64,000 bases of DNA from Raillietiella orientalis (lineage: Eukaryota), in contig JAYWIR010000029.1 of assembly GCA_036172245.1 (NCBI GenBank), positions 558,001-622,000 on the forward strand, given 5' to 3'. The notes under the pieces were generated by a model that saw only the letters and a list, made by a program, of their open reading frames with translations, had not been told where the DNA came from and did no database searches. Made by a program: the position numbers and the translations under genes. Numbering within the stretch: the stretch's first letter is position 1; every line of letters starts with the position of its first letter. Below, piece by piece: positions 25,114-37,949 of the stretch.

Positions 25114-26049
25114 GGTTCAACTTGGTACAAAAGTAACTCGGATGAAAATTAGCCTTCACATCATTTTGCATGTTACCGCAACAACCAGCATCTTCAGGGG
25201 AACTGCCTAATTTACCAGAAAAGAATAAAAAAGGGGGAAGGGTGGAGGGGGGATATTTTGAAGTCTTCGCATGCACCTCACTTTAAAACCTGCTGACGAA
25301 CACATGCACGGTGCCATTAAGTTCAAACTTCTGCGCGCGTAGGGTCCCTCTCAGCGGACCTTTGCACGTCGATTCGAAGGCTGAATCTCTTCTGGCAAAA
25401 GGGTTAAATTATATAAATCTTTGCCTTCCATCAGTGTGCAATACTTGCGACATTTTTATTATTCTACATTAAATAAAACGCAAACAAATCTCCGAGTCCC
25501 ATTACAACATTGCATAACAACGCTGAAACTCGCAAAAGGATTCAAAAGATGTGAACAATTTTTGTGCAGAAACAACCCAACAGTGGTTTTATGCCAAGCA
25601 TTTTGAATAAAAAAAAAATATTGTAGAGAGATTTCCCCATTATAGTGGCAAACGCCAACTAGTAGTTGTATACACACATTATTTGGAAGAATGAAATCAG
25701 AAAGCAAAGTTTACCTTCTGATAAGGCAAGAATCTTACAGCAAAAAAAACTGATTCAAAATATTAAAAGAAATGTCTCAGGTCAAAAATTCGTTTACTGG
25801 AAAAAAATTTTTTGTTGAATTTACTTCATTGGTAAAAGTTGAAAGATTGATTAAGATATTATTACGTTGAAACTACCAATAGAACTCTTTGGAAGAACTC
25901 CTTCCTACTAACAGAGAATGCACAATTCCTTAAGGATCGTTCTCAAAACCTTAAAAAAAAGCAGCAACGAGAAAGGTAGAAAATCTCGAAAGCGGCTTGC
26001 TTGGAGTTGGATGAGATGAAAGGTTTTCGCATATGATATATTCCTCAGA

Positions 26050-28200
26050 GAAATGACAATGGCATGACCATTTTCTTCACCGAGAAAGCATCATGGGAAA
26101 GATAATTTGTGAGTAACGGATGACTTAGCACCTCAGGTAAGAGCCATGTCGACCATTTCCCTCAAATTCAAGGGAAAACATATCTCGTAAATTAGCCGAG
26201 TAATAAGCTAATAATAATTTTTCTTTTTCAAGGGAACGATTGAGATACAGAGTGGATATTGCGGTGCAAATGCATTGTTTTGGCAACCCGGAATCTTACA
26301 CAAGATGCTTCAGATGTTAGGAAGGGTGTATCTCAAAAAAAGGGAAAACACTTTTGTTTTTCAGAATCCATGAAGTTTCATTCTATTATATCGTCGTCGT
26401 AATTTAGTAACAGGCCAGTGCTGCATTGCACAACTGTTTGCATTTCATGACACACAGGATCAGATAATCTTTTCTTAATGTTGCTGCTGATTTCTGTATT
26501 GATCACAACCTGATTGCATCTGTGCAAGAATTCATTTAATGAAACAAGATCCATTGTTAAATATTTTTTTTTCTTCCAGCTTTCTCACAACATAGCTCAT
26601 CTAGATTTCGGGAATTTCCAGCTTTGCACTGATTAATCTGATATGCAAGCGGGCTGGAAAACAAATCTATTGTTTCATGCAAATCTCATGCAATCCCTAA
26701 CTTTCATGCAAAATCTCCAGAAACAGTCTCCAGAACTCAGGAGAGCATATTTCTCATTTTGTTGAATAAACCTCTGGTCTGTTTCAAATGCAATATATTT
26801 GCTGTTCCAGAAAAACAAAAAAAACTTCTAAATCTTAGTCCATTTAAAAAAGCAAAAAAAAATCACAATTAAGTAATAATTAATAACAATGATTTGAAAC
26901 TGAAAGCATGGGAAGTATGAAAGAAAAAAATAAAAAAGGGTTATGTGTGTGTTTACCTTGATTTGAGTTTTTCTTGGGATGACCTAACAAGTTGTTTCAG
27001 ATATTAGTAAATTCACAAGGAATAGGGGAAAGAGCATCACTCTCAGTTTGTTTTTTACTGTGGCACAGTACTGAAAATGCGATTGCGTACATATGTTGCA
27101 GAGAAAGGAATAAGCAATTTCAGAACTCTCTCTTGACGTAGACTATTCTGTTTCCAAAATGTTGCCAAAAATTGTGGCTCTGTGCCAGTGATGTAGTTTG
27201 TAAGTTCTCATTTAGGGTGTATATCGGTGGACACTTGTAGGTATCATTTCTGCTCAGTACAGAGCATAATGTAATAACATAGAAAAGGGTAGCAAACACA
27301 TCTGCACTAAAAATCCTCTTCCAGTGGAATGTTACATTCAAGTATCTTCATGAGAAAATCGAATTACCTCGAACTTACTTATTCATTTTTTTTTGTTGTC
27401 AAATTCAGAAATATACAGTACTTCTAAAAATTTCAAGAACAAAGCATGAATGTCAGATTTTATTCTCAAAATTAAGCTTTCTCATTCTTATTTGAAAAGT
27501 CAATACTTGGGAAACTACATATTTTGGACACTGCAAATAGAAATACATTTGCTTTAATAAACTGAAAATAATTTCCATTTTCGCGACTGTTTTTCCCAGC
27601 TTTGATCCTTTCCGTTCAAACCAAGCTCAGTTCTTCACGACTTTCGTTTGGGATAGACTGCACTGCTCCCTTTGAAAGATTAACGCACTCATGAAAGAAA
27701 AAATCAAGCTGAACGTCCATCATTTTCACTCAAACAAGTAGAAGTGAAATGAGAAGTTGGCAATACTGCAAGTAATGCAGACTTTCTCATGTTAGCGTAA
27801 CTGCTTCCCTACTATGAAATGTAGTTCTGTAGTGAGCTGTATATCTTGGTGAATACAATGCATTATGGTTTGCATCCTAGTTTTTCTACATTTAGGGATG
27901 AAGGAAACTATGATGCATTCGATAAAAATGGATGCTTGTTTTTGGTTTAACAGCAGAATATCGACGACCAACCTGTGCAAAGCAATTTTTTTCCTTTCGA
28001 CTTCTGTCTCCACAGTGGCCTTGTTCTCCATATTGAAACATTCTAATACTATTGTCCCGCTTTTCCATTTTTCCTCAAGAATGTGCAGAATTTCAGAATG
28101 CAGATTCTTAAATGCTTAAATCAACGTTGAACACGGAAGTGCCTTTCCCATTCACGTAATCCACTTAAATTCCGTGCAAAAGAGTATCGTGAGGTTTCTG
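26050..28200 (-). mobile_element. Decayed LINE reverse transcriptase (RTE/CR1-like)
   Basis: IIVSFIPK (~27900), Y..LISLLLVxVK (~27750) and QVVINTEIS (~26500) occur in the expected RT order on the minus strand. Confidence 0.45.
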
Positions 28201-28255
28201 CTTTCGTTAAGTTCTCAGATGAATAAATAGTGTATGCAATTTAAACTAGAGCATA

Positions 28256-29010
28256 GGAGGCCGTGTGGTTACGGTGGTCTCCGCGCGTGGCACCATGCGT
28301 CGTGGGTTCGAATACTCCGAAAGGAATCGACGCAGTGCGCCGCGGGTTCCGAGTTCACCCCACAAGATGACGCTGGTTGGTCTGCATTTATTCGGGTGCG
28401 GCACTGGTAGCGGTTAAAACCGGATGTCCCTCCCAATGAGGGTCGGGACAAATGGGAGTCGACATCCGGGTCCTTCCAGGAATCACGGAGTGGAAGCTCC
28501 CCTCCGGTTGTGAAGGAGAGGATCCCCATTCTGGGGGGACCTTCCGCGTCGTGCTGATGGAGTAGGTGTGTCTCCACCACCTCTCCAGAGAGTGCAGAGA
28601 AGTGAGCCGATCCCTTCGGGAAGCTGCGTCCTTCTGAATTTCGGAGTCGTCCCTTCGGGGTTCACTTCCGAGGAGTAAAAACGGGAGCGGATCCCTTGCG
28701 GGGGATCCCTCCGGAGAAGAAATTCTACGATCGGATCCTTTCCGGGTTCCCTTCAGAGAAGAAAGAACGGAGCGTACCCCCCCGGGGGTCCTCTGGAGAG
28801 AATGAGGAAGGAGATTCCCTTCGGGATTACCCTTCGGAGACAACCAGGGTGAAGGTGTTCTCGATTTGCGGGGATCCTTCCCCAGGCGGAACCCTCCCAG
28901 GGTATACCCCCTGTCTTGAAGAATTACCCACCCTCGGGTGGCGTGGAACCGTGTCGAAGAACTGCGAAGACAGAAAAGAAGGATTTCCATCATCCTCTGG
29001 CTCAAGTTTG
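28256..29010 (+). mobile_element. tRNA-headed SINE-like element, long form with internal ~40-45 bp hairpin repeats
   Basis: A-box-like TGTGGTTACGGTGG and B-box GGTTCGAATAC (28305-28315). A GC-rich island in AT-rich DNA. Homologous by eye to 38693-38890 (+) and ~60480-61030 (-). Confidence 0.7.
28608..28910 (+). repeat. Degenerate tandem array (~6-7 units), consensus approximately GGATCCCTTCGGGGKTCCCTYCGGAGA plus a purine-rich spacer
   Basis: Units start near 28608, 28647, 28689, 28734, 28773, 28813 and 28872. Confidence 0.7.
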
Positions 29011-29014
29011 CAAG

Positions 29015-29048
29015 ATCACTTCTCGTCCTTTTGGCTAAGATCAAAGTG
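29015..29048 (+). pseudogene. 3'-truncated U2 snRNA fragment (first ~34 nt)
   Basis: ATCACTTCTCGTCCTTTTGGCTAAGATCAAAGTG differs at 2 positions from the U2 5' end ATCGCTTCTCGGCCTTTTGGCTAAGATCAAAGTG. Similarity stops abruptly at the branch-site recognition sequence. Confidence 0.85.
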
Positions 29049-32000
29049 CTCTGTGACAAGAATAATCCATAATTGCAGTTTTTAAGTAATTCTTCACTTT
29101 TCGTTCTTCGCTTCCGATATGATGGAATTTGAATGAAGAGGCAAATCAAGCTGAGGCTTTTTCGAACTTTTGAAATAATTTGAATTTAGAAGAATCTAAA
29201 TTCCTCTCGATAAATGCATTAGATATTTTGCCTAGTTACTATTCTACGTTCGAAGGCCCACAAGGGGTATCTGATTGCACTGACACTTGCCATGTAGCAT
29301 GGTGAGAATATCCAGGCACAATTTTAGACATATAAATTCATCATTGTGTATCCAAAAATTGCATACTAGGACACGTTAAGGACGGAGGATAAATTATTGG
29401 ATCCGTTAATGTTTTAATTAGGCTCTTCTCCCTGTGTTGGCACTTTGAAAGCAGCTTTTGTACTAAATAGGTGTTCTTCGTATTTAGTCTCACCTATTCT
29501 TGAGGAAGCGCTCTTGTGATGTATTTCAACAAACTGATCTTAACACCGTACATAAATTGAAAATTAAATTTCGCTTAGACAGTTATTTTTTAGAGAAATA
29601 TCTGAAACCTGACATATAATCACGTTCTTAGAATAATAAGCTCTGAAAGCGTTCGAACATTCATAAAAGATTCCCAATGCTCAATACATTTGCTATGGAT
29701 GAGGGACAAGGAAAAGGAAAAAGAAGCAGGATACAGACAGGGTTACGTTTTCTGATGCCTTCATTTTAACACTAACATACACCTTCCATCTTCCATCTTA
29801 AAAATTTATCCACGTTTAGAAGGAAAAACATTAAATTTTACTGAAAGTTTTTCTGACTTTTGTGCAATATTATATGGTTTTCGTCACTCATATGCCTCAT
29901 TCATATGTCTCCGGGGTCATTGAGAACATTTTAGTGGATATCTTCAACCGGGATCATTTTAGTCATTGAGGATACATCCGATGTTAGCTAAACCATCGGA
30001 TCTCTCTTAGGCTTTTTTCCGATTTCTTGGCGCACTGGCGCACAACGCACCCTTGTAAAACGGAGCTCTAAGAACAAGGTAAACGCTCAGTGAAAGACAA
30101 GCCCAGTTATGTACTCTTTTTACAAAACAGGTAACGGACAGTTCAAATAGAATGGTTATAAACTCTAATGGGATGATGACACAAGCCAGATCTCATTTTA
30201 GAAATCTGCGTTTGGTTATGGTATCTGCATAAATAATTGGAAATCTTATCCCTAAATCCCATTTTTCCTCTGGCACTAACTTACACCTTCCATCTGTTGC
30301 ACACGAAATTCTTTTAAAGATCCCCAAAAATGAAATAAAAATGAAACTGCATTATCTTCAGCTGACCTTGGATAGGTATGTCTGACTTGATGACAGTTGC
30401 GCGCAGATTCTGACGAAACAGAAGTACAGCGGAGAGAATGTTCCTTGAAGACTTAGAGGTGTTTCTGCTCGTTTTTTTCATTTCTCCACAAGGCTGCAAT
30501 ATACTGGACTTTCATTTTCATCCCCCAGCGCCAACGTTTCCTTTTCCTATTATTTTCGAGTCGCATTTAAAAATCGCCATTCTATTAAGTTCACTAAATT
30601 CTTCCTCTCTCCTTTTTTTTTTTTTTCCTCCTTTCTTTCTGAATAGAACGTTTCCTTCTGTTATTGATGCCTTCATTTGATCATTTATGAAATCTGGAGA
30701 GAAATTAATACTCAAATAAAAAAAAAAGCAATAGGATAGTTAGTTATAGGGTAGCATGCATAGCACATAAGAAATGTCAAGCTACAATTTTATCGTCTAA
30801 GTCAGTTTGATTGCCGTCCCTAAGTAATGGTTCAAGGACTTTAATGGTCAGAAAAGACCATTAATCAAATATGGAAACTCAAGAAAGAACCAGTATTTTC
30901 TCATAAGAGGTATTACAGGAACTGCATCATTATAGAAGAAAAAGTTCATGCAGCTGAAAAAAAATAGGCGATGCGTCTGGAGACCTTCTGGTTGCATTTC
31001 TTTCCGAATTTTAACGACCGCTGTTCATAGAGATCCTTCAAAAAGATTCAAGCTAGTCGTTCTGATCTTTAGGAATGAATGTGTTCGTGATGAAGAGATG
31101 CGCAAACCTGGATGGAACGTTTTAAATCAGAACTTGCACTCGGAACACAAAGGATGTTCCTGGCAGCAGCTTCAGTTGAGAAATCTTCATCAGCATCTTT
31201 GCAAACAATGCAAGTCGCCACCATCCTATCGATGGTGAGCTGGCAAAGATGTGATCAAAATGGCCGACTCTTTCCATTCTTCAGAACTGAAATTCGAAGC
31301 ATTTTTACACGTTTTTCACGTGTTGTGCAGGCACGCATGCACACGTATGAACACATGTACATTTACGATTATCTGAATGTACATGGAAAACAGCATATGT
31401 ACATTTGTCAACGTACGTATACATGCTGAACCCACACTTGTCTAAGAAACAATCCTAGGGATGCAATGCTTGATGAAAATGAACGCATAAAGTTGGGTTT
31501 AATCACAGATTTTTCCGTCTCCGTGTGTGGTCCTGCTAGGAACCAGAATGCGAAATTGTTGCAGCCACCGGTTCGCTAGGCTTGAGTTCCATAGAATCAA
31601 AAATTCTGAGGATTCCAAGTTCAAGAGCATGCAGACGAGATGTCTCTTTGTGCATGTGTATGTTTAACAGCAACAGGTTGTTATCATGAGACCAGCCAGC
31701 CAGTGTTTTCATTAGAAATTTTCGCTTTCCTTCAAGCTCGTCCCACCAAAGGCGATAAAGACAAGCAGTCGTTCCAGCCTGCATCCGGAAATGCTCCCTC
31801 AAGTCTCCATTTCCCCAGTTGGGAAGGCAGAGGCAACCCGGTCAGCTGTACGTGTCCCGCGATGCAAGAAAAGAAACCCTAGAGAACTTTCAACCAACGG
31901 AAAAGGAGAGAGGAAGAAAAGTTTCCCCCGATGTTCGAGAAGATCGGTCCTCCGACTTTTAAGCGGAGCACACATACTGAGAGCCAAACCGACCCACCAC

Positions 32001-34131
32001 ACTTCGTGAGACCAATGAGGATCACACTGTCTGGGACGACACTGGTGACGACACTCATTCGGCCATGCCATTCCACCATCGACAGCACTCATTCCCTCCG
32101 TCCCTTGCAGACGCTGCTTTGGTTTCTTGGGGAGAAGGGGAAACCTAGTTCAGGGTTTCTATTTGTAATGCCGACGGAGAGCAACAAAGGATCTACCAAA
32201 AGTAGGGAGCAGTGAGGGAAGAATGAGAGGGATTCTTGAGCAAACTGTGGGTCGAGGTTCTTCGCTTTCCATGTCTCAACAACAGTCTAGTACTCTCACA
32301 ACTCTCTTCATCCGCGCTTCCCCCCAAAGTTCCTCAACCCGAGTGATGGCTCGTGACTCAACTCTGTACCGTACTCCTCAAATTTGTTTGCTCTATGGAA
32401 ATCAACCCGTCACGACCTATCCGATGGACGGCGAGTATCGCGCGTCTTCCAGCTGAACAGAACGCTCTCAGCGGAGGGCTAAGCGCTGCTGCCGTTCGGT
32501 TTGGAGCCGAATTCAGGAACGAGGAGTGCGAACGTGGAGCAAAGACCTAACGAAAACAAAAGAGGGCCCTGTGGCTGACTGATGCTGGGACCAGTGATGA
32601 ACAGCGGGCTCAGCTGTGGATGATGCATCAGTAGAAGAGAAATAGAGATGATGCATGGTGTTTCATAATAGCATGAGGAAGGGAAATGAGCAAGTAGGAA
32701 ATAATTTGAGGATGTTCCAAATTCGAAATTGAGCCGATAATTACGATGGAGGATGCCAAACAAGTTGGTTTACTACTACGACTACTACTACTAACAATAA
32801 ATCTGAAGTACAGGAGAAGGAGAACGCAAGTGATATTTGGTGGGTGGTCAGCAGTGCTTAGAGGCACCGAGACGTCACGAGACTATACCAACAGCACCGA
32901 GCACGGATAAGTGTCTCCGCATCCGTACGGGAAGTTCGTGAGGATGATAATGGAACTTTCTCTCAGAGGCATCCAGTGAGACATCGTTCGAGCAGCAGGA
33001 AATGAAAAAAAAAGAAAAAATGTCGACACTTTGCCTTGCAGGACATCAAGGCAAGGCGATGCAGGGGTGAACGCAGCAGCAGCAGCAGCTAGGGGGAAGG
33101 TGTATGGAGCTCAACGATGCTGCAAGTCACTTGACTGAGACCACTTCGGGGTCCCCCATTCCTCTTCCTCCGGCCTGCTCACGACCTTGACTAGGCGGAG
33201 GAGAAGAGCTTGTCGAGAAACCAAACCATCAAGGCCTTCCCCTGCGACGGCTCTTCGCAACCCAGGCTCGAGAATCTGGGATCCCCACAGTCCGCCCGCA
33301 AAAAAGAACAGGAGAGCTTCTTAAAGAAGAGTTCATCCCAGGTACTGAGTAACCACTGTTGCGTAAGCCATGTCCGGCGCTGCTCCGGGATTCGTCAGGA
33401 GATGACCGAGCGAGCGAGCTGTGCAAAGCCTGGTACGACAAGGATCCGGTTTCCATCTGGAAGCTCCTTCGAAGGTTCCCTTCTTGGAATCCTCCCTCTT
33501 CGCCCAAATGACCGCGAGTGCGAGCCATCCTCTCCGGGACCATTCGGAACGGATGCACGCATCTGGAGAGTCCGCGGGTGTTTCCGTGAGCGTCAGTGTG
33601 CTGGAGTTGAAATGCATGGCCGCGCGCTAACACCAGGAGCCAGATCATGCACTTTGCTTGCACACATGCACGCGTGCGTGTGGGCGTGTGTCGTGACGGA
33701 AGTGCCACACGTAGGACTGCAAACGCACTCCATAGTCATTTGAAGTAGCCCCGTGGCGTTCTTCGGACTTTGGGATTCGGTCAGCTTGATGAGGAGGGAG
33801 AAAAAAGAAAAGAAAAAAAAGAAAAACGAAAAAAAAAGGAAAAGAAAAATTGAAAAGGAGAGGAAAAGGAAATGGAAGGAAATTTCCTTTAGGACCGCTA
33901 GAAACGTGTCGCTCCAAAGGCGTTTTTCAGGGCGAGCGTTTCTTCCAGGCGGGTTTCCTGCTCGAAGGGTGTTTCGTTGCGTGGAAGGCGCATTTCCGCT
34001 AATTCAGAAAAATCCAGAATGGTTTTTAATTTCGCTCAGAGCCATGTGACACTCCAGTCTTTCCGTGCACGTTATAAGAACAGAGGTGGCCCTTCCCTCG
34101 TGGAATCAGTCGATCGTTCCAAGCAGGCAGC

Positions 34132-37100
34132 ATGAAGCTCCTCCTGACGCTGGTGTGCTTTCTCGAGGTAAATTTCTGGGGTGCTGAAGGGGCAGGGTGA
34201 GAAACCGATCCGATTCTCTTTTCCGCGGTCCCTTCCAGGTTTTGAAATGGGGACGGAGGTCCCCTCTTTCGGAAAGCGCTGTCGGCTTCAAGTCCAGGGG
34301 TCCCGGGATGATCGGAACCCCCCCTTGGATATCCAGATCCAAACCTGGAAGGAGCAGCCAAGGATCCAGGTGAGCGCGGGACTGGTGAGAGACGCTTTCG
34401 AGCGTGCAGCTGCCGCTGCAGATCCTTGAAGAAAGCGTGGAGCAGTGCTGACGACGACTGCAGAGTCAAGCAGGAAGATGGGAGCGGCGGCAGCCATCAG
34501 GAGGACGAAGTCGTCCTGACATACGGTGAGTTTGTCTTCCCCTCCCTCCCGTTCCTCTTTTTCTCTCCGGCCTCCGGGCCAACTCGGGACGTTTCCGACG
34601 AGCAGAAAACCTCACCTTCGCCGTGAACCACGCTTGCATTGCGAAGATCCTGAAGTATGCCCTGCGCAACCCCACCGCCATTCAGAACGATTCGTCCGTG
34701 GAAAACGTACTGCAGACGCTCAACATGACCGTGAACACCGGTTTGCCGCAGCCCATGGAAGCGGAAGAGTTTATCAAAAAACACATGGAGAAGTACCTGA
34801 GGAACGGATCCTTCAGCTTGAAAGAGATCACCAGGAGGGAAGACTTGGAAGATGTCATACTTGAAATCTTCAAGAATGTGAAATCCGTGAACCTGACCAC
34901 CAAGAACGTTTCCCCATTTGTCAAGAGGATCCATCCCTACTTCGACAATGACCCGCAAAAGAAGCCTTCTCCTTTAGAGTTCCCCAAAAACAGGATAGTG
35001 AAGGTGAGCACGAGGAAGAGAAACTCAGAAACCGGGATGCACCAGAAGCTCGGCGGCAGAGGCTACTTTGGGAATGAGAACATCCCGCAGAGCATCAATT
35101 TCTCGGAGCCTGAGCCCAAGCAGAGCTCAGGTTCCCACTACCTTCCTACACTGGAACGGATGCTGAAAGGGCGATACTTGCCCAATGAACAGTCTCCCCC
35201 GAAAGGTGGCACGAGATACGGGTACAGGTATGTTCAGTAACCCTCCGGGGGTAGGGGATGCCCGGCTGTAAGAAAACCGTGCTCCCTGGACGCTCCTCAC
35301 TTCCAGGTTCCAGGAAGCATACAGAATCAACGCGACTTGCACGTCCGATTTGCTGGACGTTCTCATTTACTTTGAAACGCTGTTCCAAGGGAGCGTCTAC
35401 GCCAAGGTGGGTGACTTTCCTCTTCTTCGTCTTCGTATTTTTCTTTTTTTCTTTCCTCTTTTTCTCTTTTTCTTTTTCTTATTCCTCCTGGTCCTTCTGC
35501 TCCTGAGAACAAGTGGCTCGTGATTTGATCTGGCGTGACATCGTCAGGATTACCCCGGAGAGGACGACGGGTGCGTCTTCTCAAAGCACGGTGACCAGCG
35601 CAGCGAGTTGCACATTGTCCTTTACAAGGGTAGCTGTGGCGTGAAGGAGGTGCATCTGCCCACGATGTCGTTCCTAGAGGTCTCCATTGTAGTCCAACAC
35701 TTCTTAGTCATCGGGGTAAGTGGGGAGGAGAGAAGGGACACCCCTTCGCTGGGGCGAGAGAGGTGGGGTTTGGGTGAAGTGCATGGACGGGAGCGGCTCA
35801 TCCATCTTTCTTCTCCGCAACTCCCTCTCATTCTCTTTCTCAAGCCTTGGGACAACGTCGACGTGATCAAGTGCCAGTTCAGCGACAACCTCCAGGCTCA
35901 GGCGGCCAACGTGCCAGTCAAACCCTGGAGCCAAATTTCGTTGAACACGCACTTGTTCGGAAATGACATTGGTGCCAGTCTGGAGATGAAGGTAAGGGAG
36001 GGGAGAACAGGAGGGTTGACCGGGGGGGAGGTATTCTCTACTTCTGTTGACACTTCTGCTAAGATACAAGGTGTTCCAGGTGGGCACTTGGTCTTCCTCA
36101 CTTATGTACGACTACCTCGAAGTGGGGGAGCACTCGATGCTCAGCATCTGGATGAACGAGACCGACTCCCCTCTAGATATGCAGATCTATAACTGCCTGG
36201 CCCACTCCGGTGACTACTCGAAGACAATGTGGATTTCCGATTACCGCGGTTGCATCGTCAATCCCCTATTCAGCCCCAAGATCCACCGGCTGAGAAAGGT
36301 CCACGGAGACCCCGTGAACATGGACTATCTCATTTTCCAAGCCTTCCGCTTCCCCGACACTCTGTCTGTTACCTTCCAGTGCGAGGTGCGCTTGTGCCGC
36401 CACACGTGCAAGGAATCCTGCGACGCCAGCTCTCAAGAGCTCTCAAGAGGATACCACGTCGAAGAGGCGGACAACTACATCTCCCAGGGTAGCGTCATGG
36501 CGACCGCGTTCCAGGATGCACTCTTTTTTCCCTCCTTTCCCTTTCTCCCAACGCAGAAGGCAGCAGCAGTTACAGCAACAGCCACCACGGGAATTACACC
36601 AGAGGACCTGACTCTAACGGAATGGATTTCGATTCCGGACACTACCGGGAGTCCTATTTGCACTCTCTCCATTCTCTGGATGACTACGCGGAGGTCGGGA
36701 AGCCGTACGTCCCCCCGTTCGTGGAGCTGTACAACGTTTCGAGGGTGCCTGCTCCTTACGACGCGTACGACGACAGTGACCATCCTCTGCATTCCTCGCC
36801 GCACCACATCTACACCGGTGGTCTCGTCAAGCATCCGGGAGGTGTCTGGCCCGGGAGCGAGTATTTCCCGTACGCCTCCTCCCCTGACAGCAGCAGCATG
36901 GAACGACAAGAAGGCCGCGAGGAAGCGCTCCTGCGGCACGCGATGGAGGACTTCTCCGCCGGAAGCCATTCCGATGAAGAGAGTCCGATTCACTCTCTTT
37001 CGAAGGAAGAAGTGGAAGCAGGGAAGGAAGAGATACACTTCCCGGATACCCTGGACAGCTCAGGGAAGTTCTCTCTCGCTCCTAGGGGACTCCACGAGGA

Positions 37101-37362
37101 GGAAGAGGAGCCACCGCACATCGCCAGCTTGCAGAATCAGGACGGGCCCTCTATGCCCGCGAGCTTCCTGCACCACGACTTCTCTTTTCTTACCCTCAAA
37201 AGCACCCATGGAGCAGCCATCGATCCTGAAAAGGCGGAACAGTCCGCCGCGAAAGTCCCCACCCGTCTTGACGGCGAGACATCGCTCTCAGATGCCCAGG
37301 GCAGAGGAGCACCGCACGGCGGTGCCGAGAAAGGAAGACGGAACTCACAGAAGATGGGATAG
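34132..37362 (+). CDS. Secreted zona pellucida (ZP) domain / cuticlin-like protein, 9 exons, ~843 aa
   Basis: Exons 34132-34167, 34239-34369, 34422-34525, 34606-35227, 35307-35406, 35548-35715, 35845-35991, 36071-36488, 36557-37362 join in frame with GT-AG introns. Signal-like MKLLLTLVCFL; ZP-N (NATC..FQGSVYAK, SCG, IVVQH, IKC); ZP-C (NCLAH, DYRGC, FQAFRFPDTLSVTFQCEVRLC..C..C). Confidence 0.85.
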
Positions 37363-37949
37363 CCTGCTGCTCCCTCCAGTAAGGATTGAGTGGATCTCCT
37401 GGAAGAAACCTCAATCGACCAGGGACTCGAAGGACCAGCTACGTAGCACCCTCTGGTTTCGATCGAATCTTACCGATGGCATCTTTGTCCTCGCCGGTTA
37501 CGGCGAGGTTCCCGAAACTTTGTGCAAGGATGACTCAAAAAGACATCTTGGAAAAGATTTCCGTTTTGTTTATTCCTTTATTTTTTTCGAACGCTGCAGT
37601 TCCCTTCCTGAGAGCTCTTGGACCAGGTGCAAGGACAGCAGCACGTTTGTTCCCCGATTTGTTGCTGCAGCAGGCGGATGGGTGAGCCAGCGACTCTCTG
37701 CCTTCAGGTCTTTTGTTCCGTAGTCTGGCCAAGGGAAGAGCGTGCGTTGCCGGAGGCACTAACAGAGACGAGAACGGGAACGACTTCGGCACATCGCGAC
37801 TGCTGAAAGGCACAGGAAGAGGAACTCAGGCTCGTCACCGGAAGCAGAAACGTGCAGCGTCCCCGTCCCCCTCCTTCCCCACCTTCTGGTATTTGATGTC
37901 TTGCTGAGCAAACGCAGTTCGGCAGCGAGACAACGAGAAAACCGCAGCA

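Noticed and set aside
28608..28910. CRISPR array
   Set aside because: The repeats are degenerate, the spacers are only ~14-17 nt and low-complexity, there are no cas genes, and the context is eukaryotic.
36047..37723. 558-aa single ORF
   Set aside because: Only 36071-36488 is coding in this frame. The rest runs through an intron and a shadow frame of the last ZP exon.
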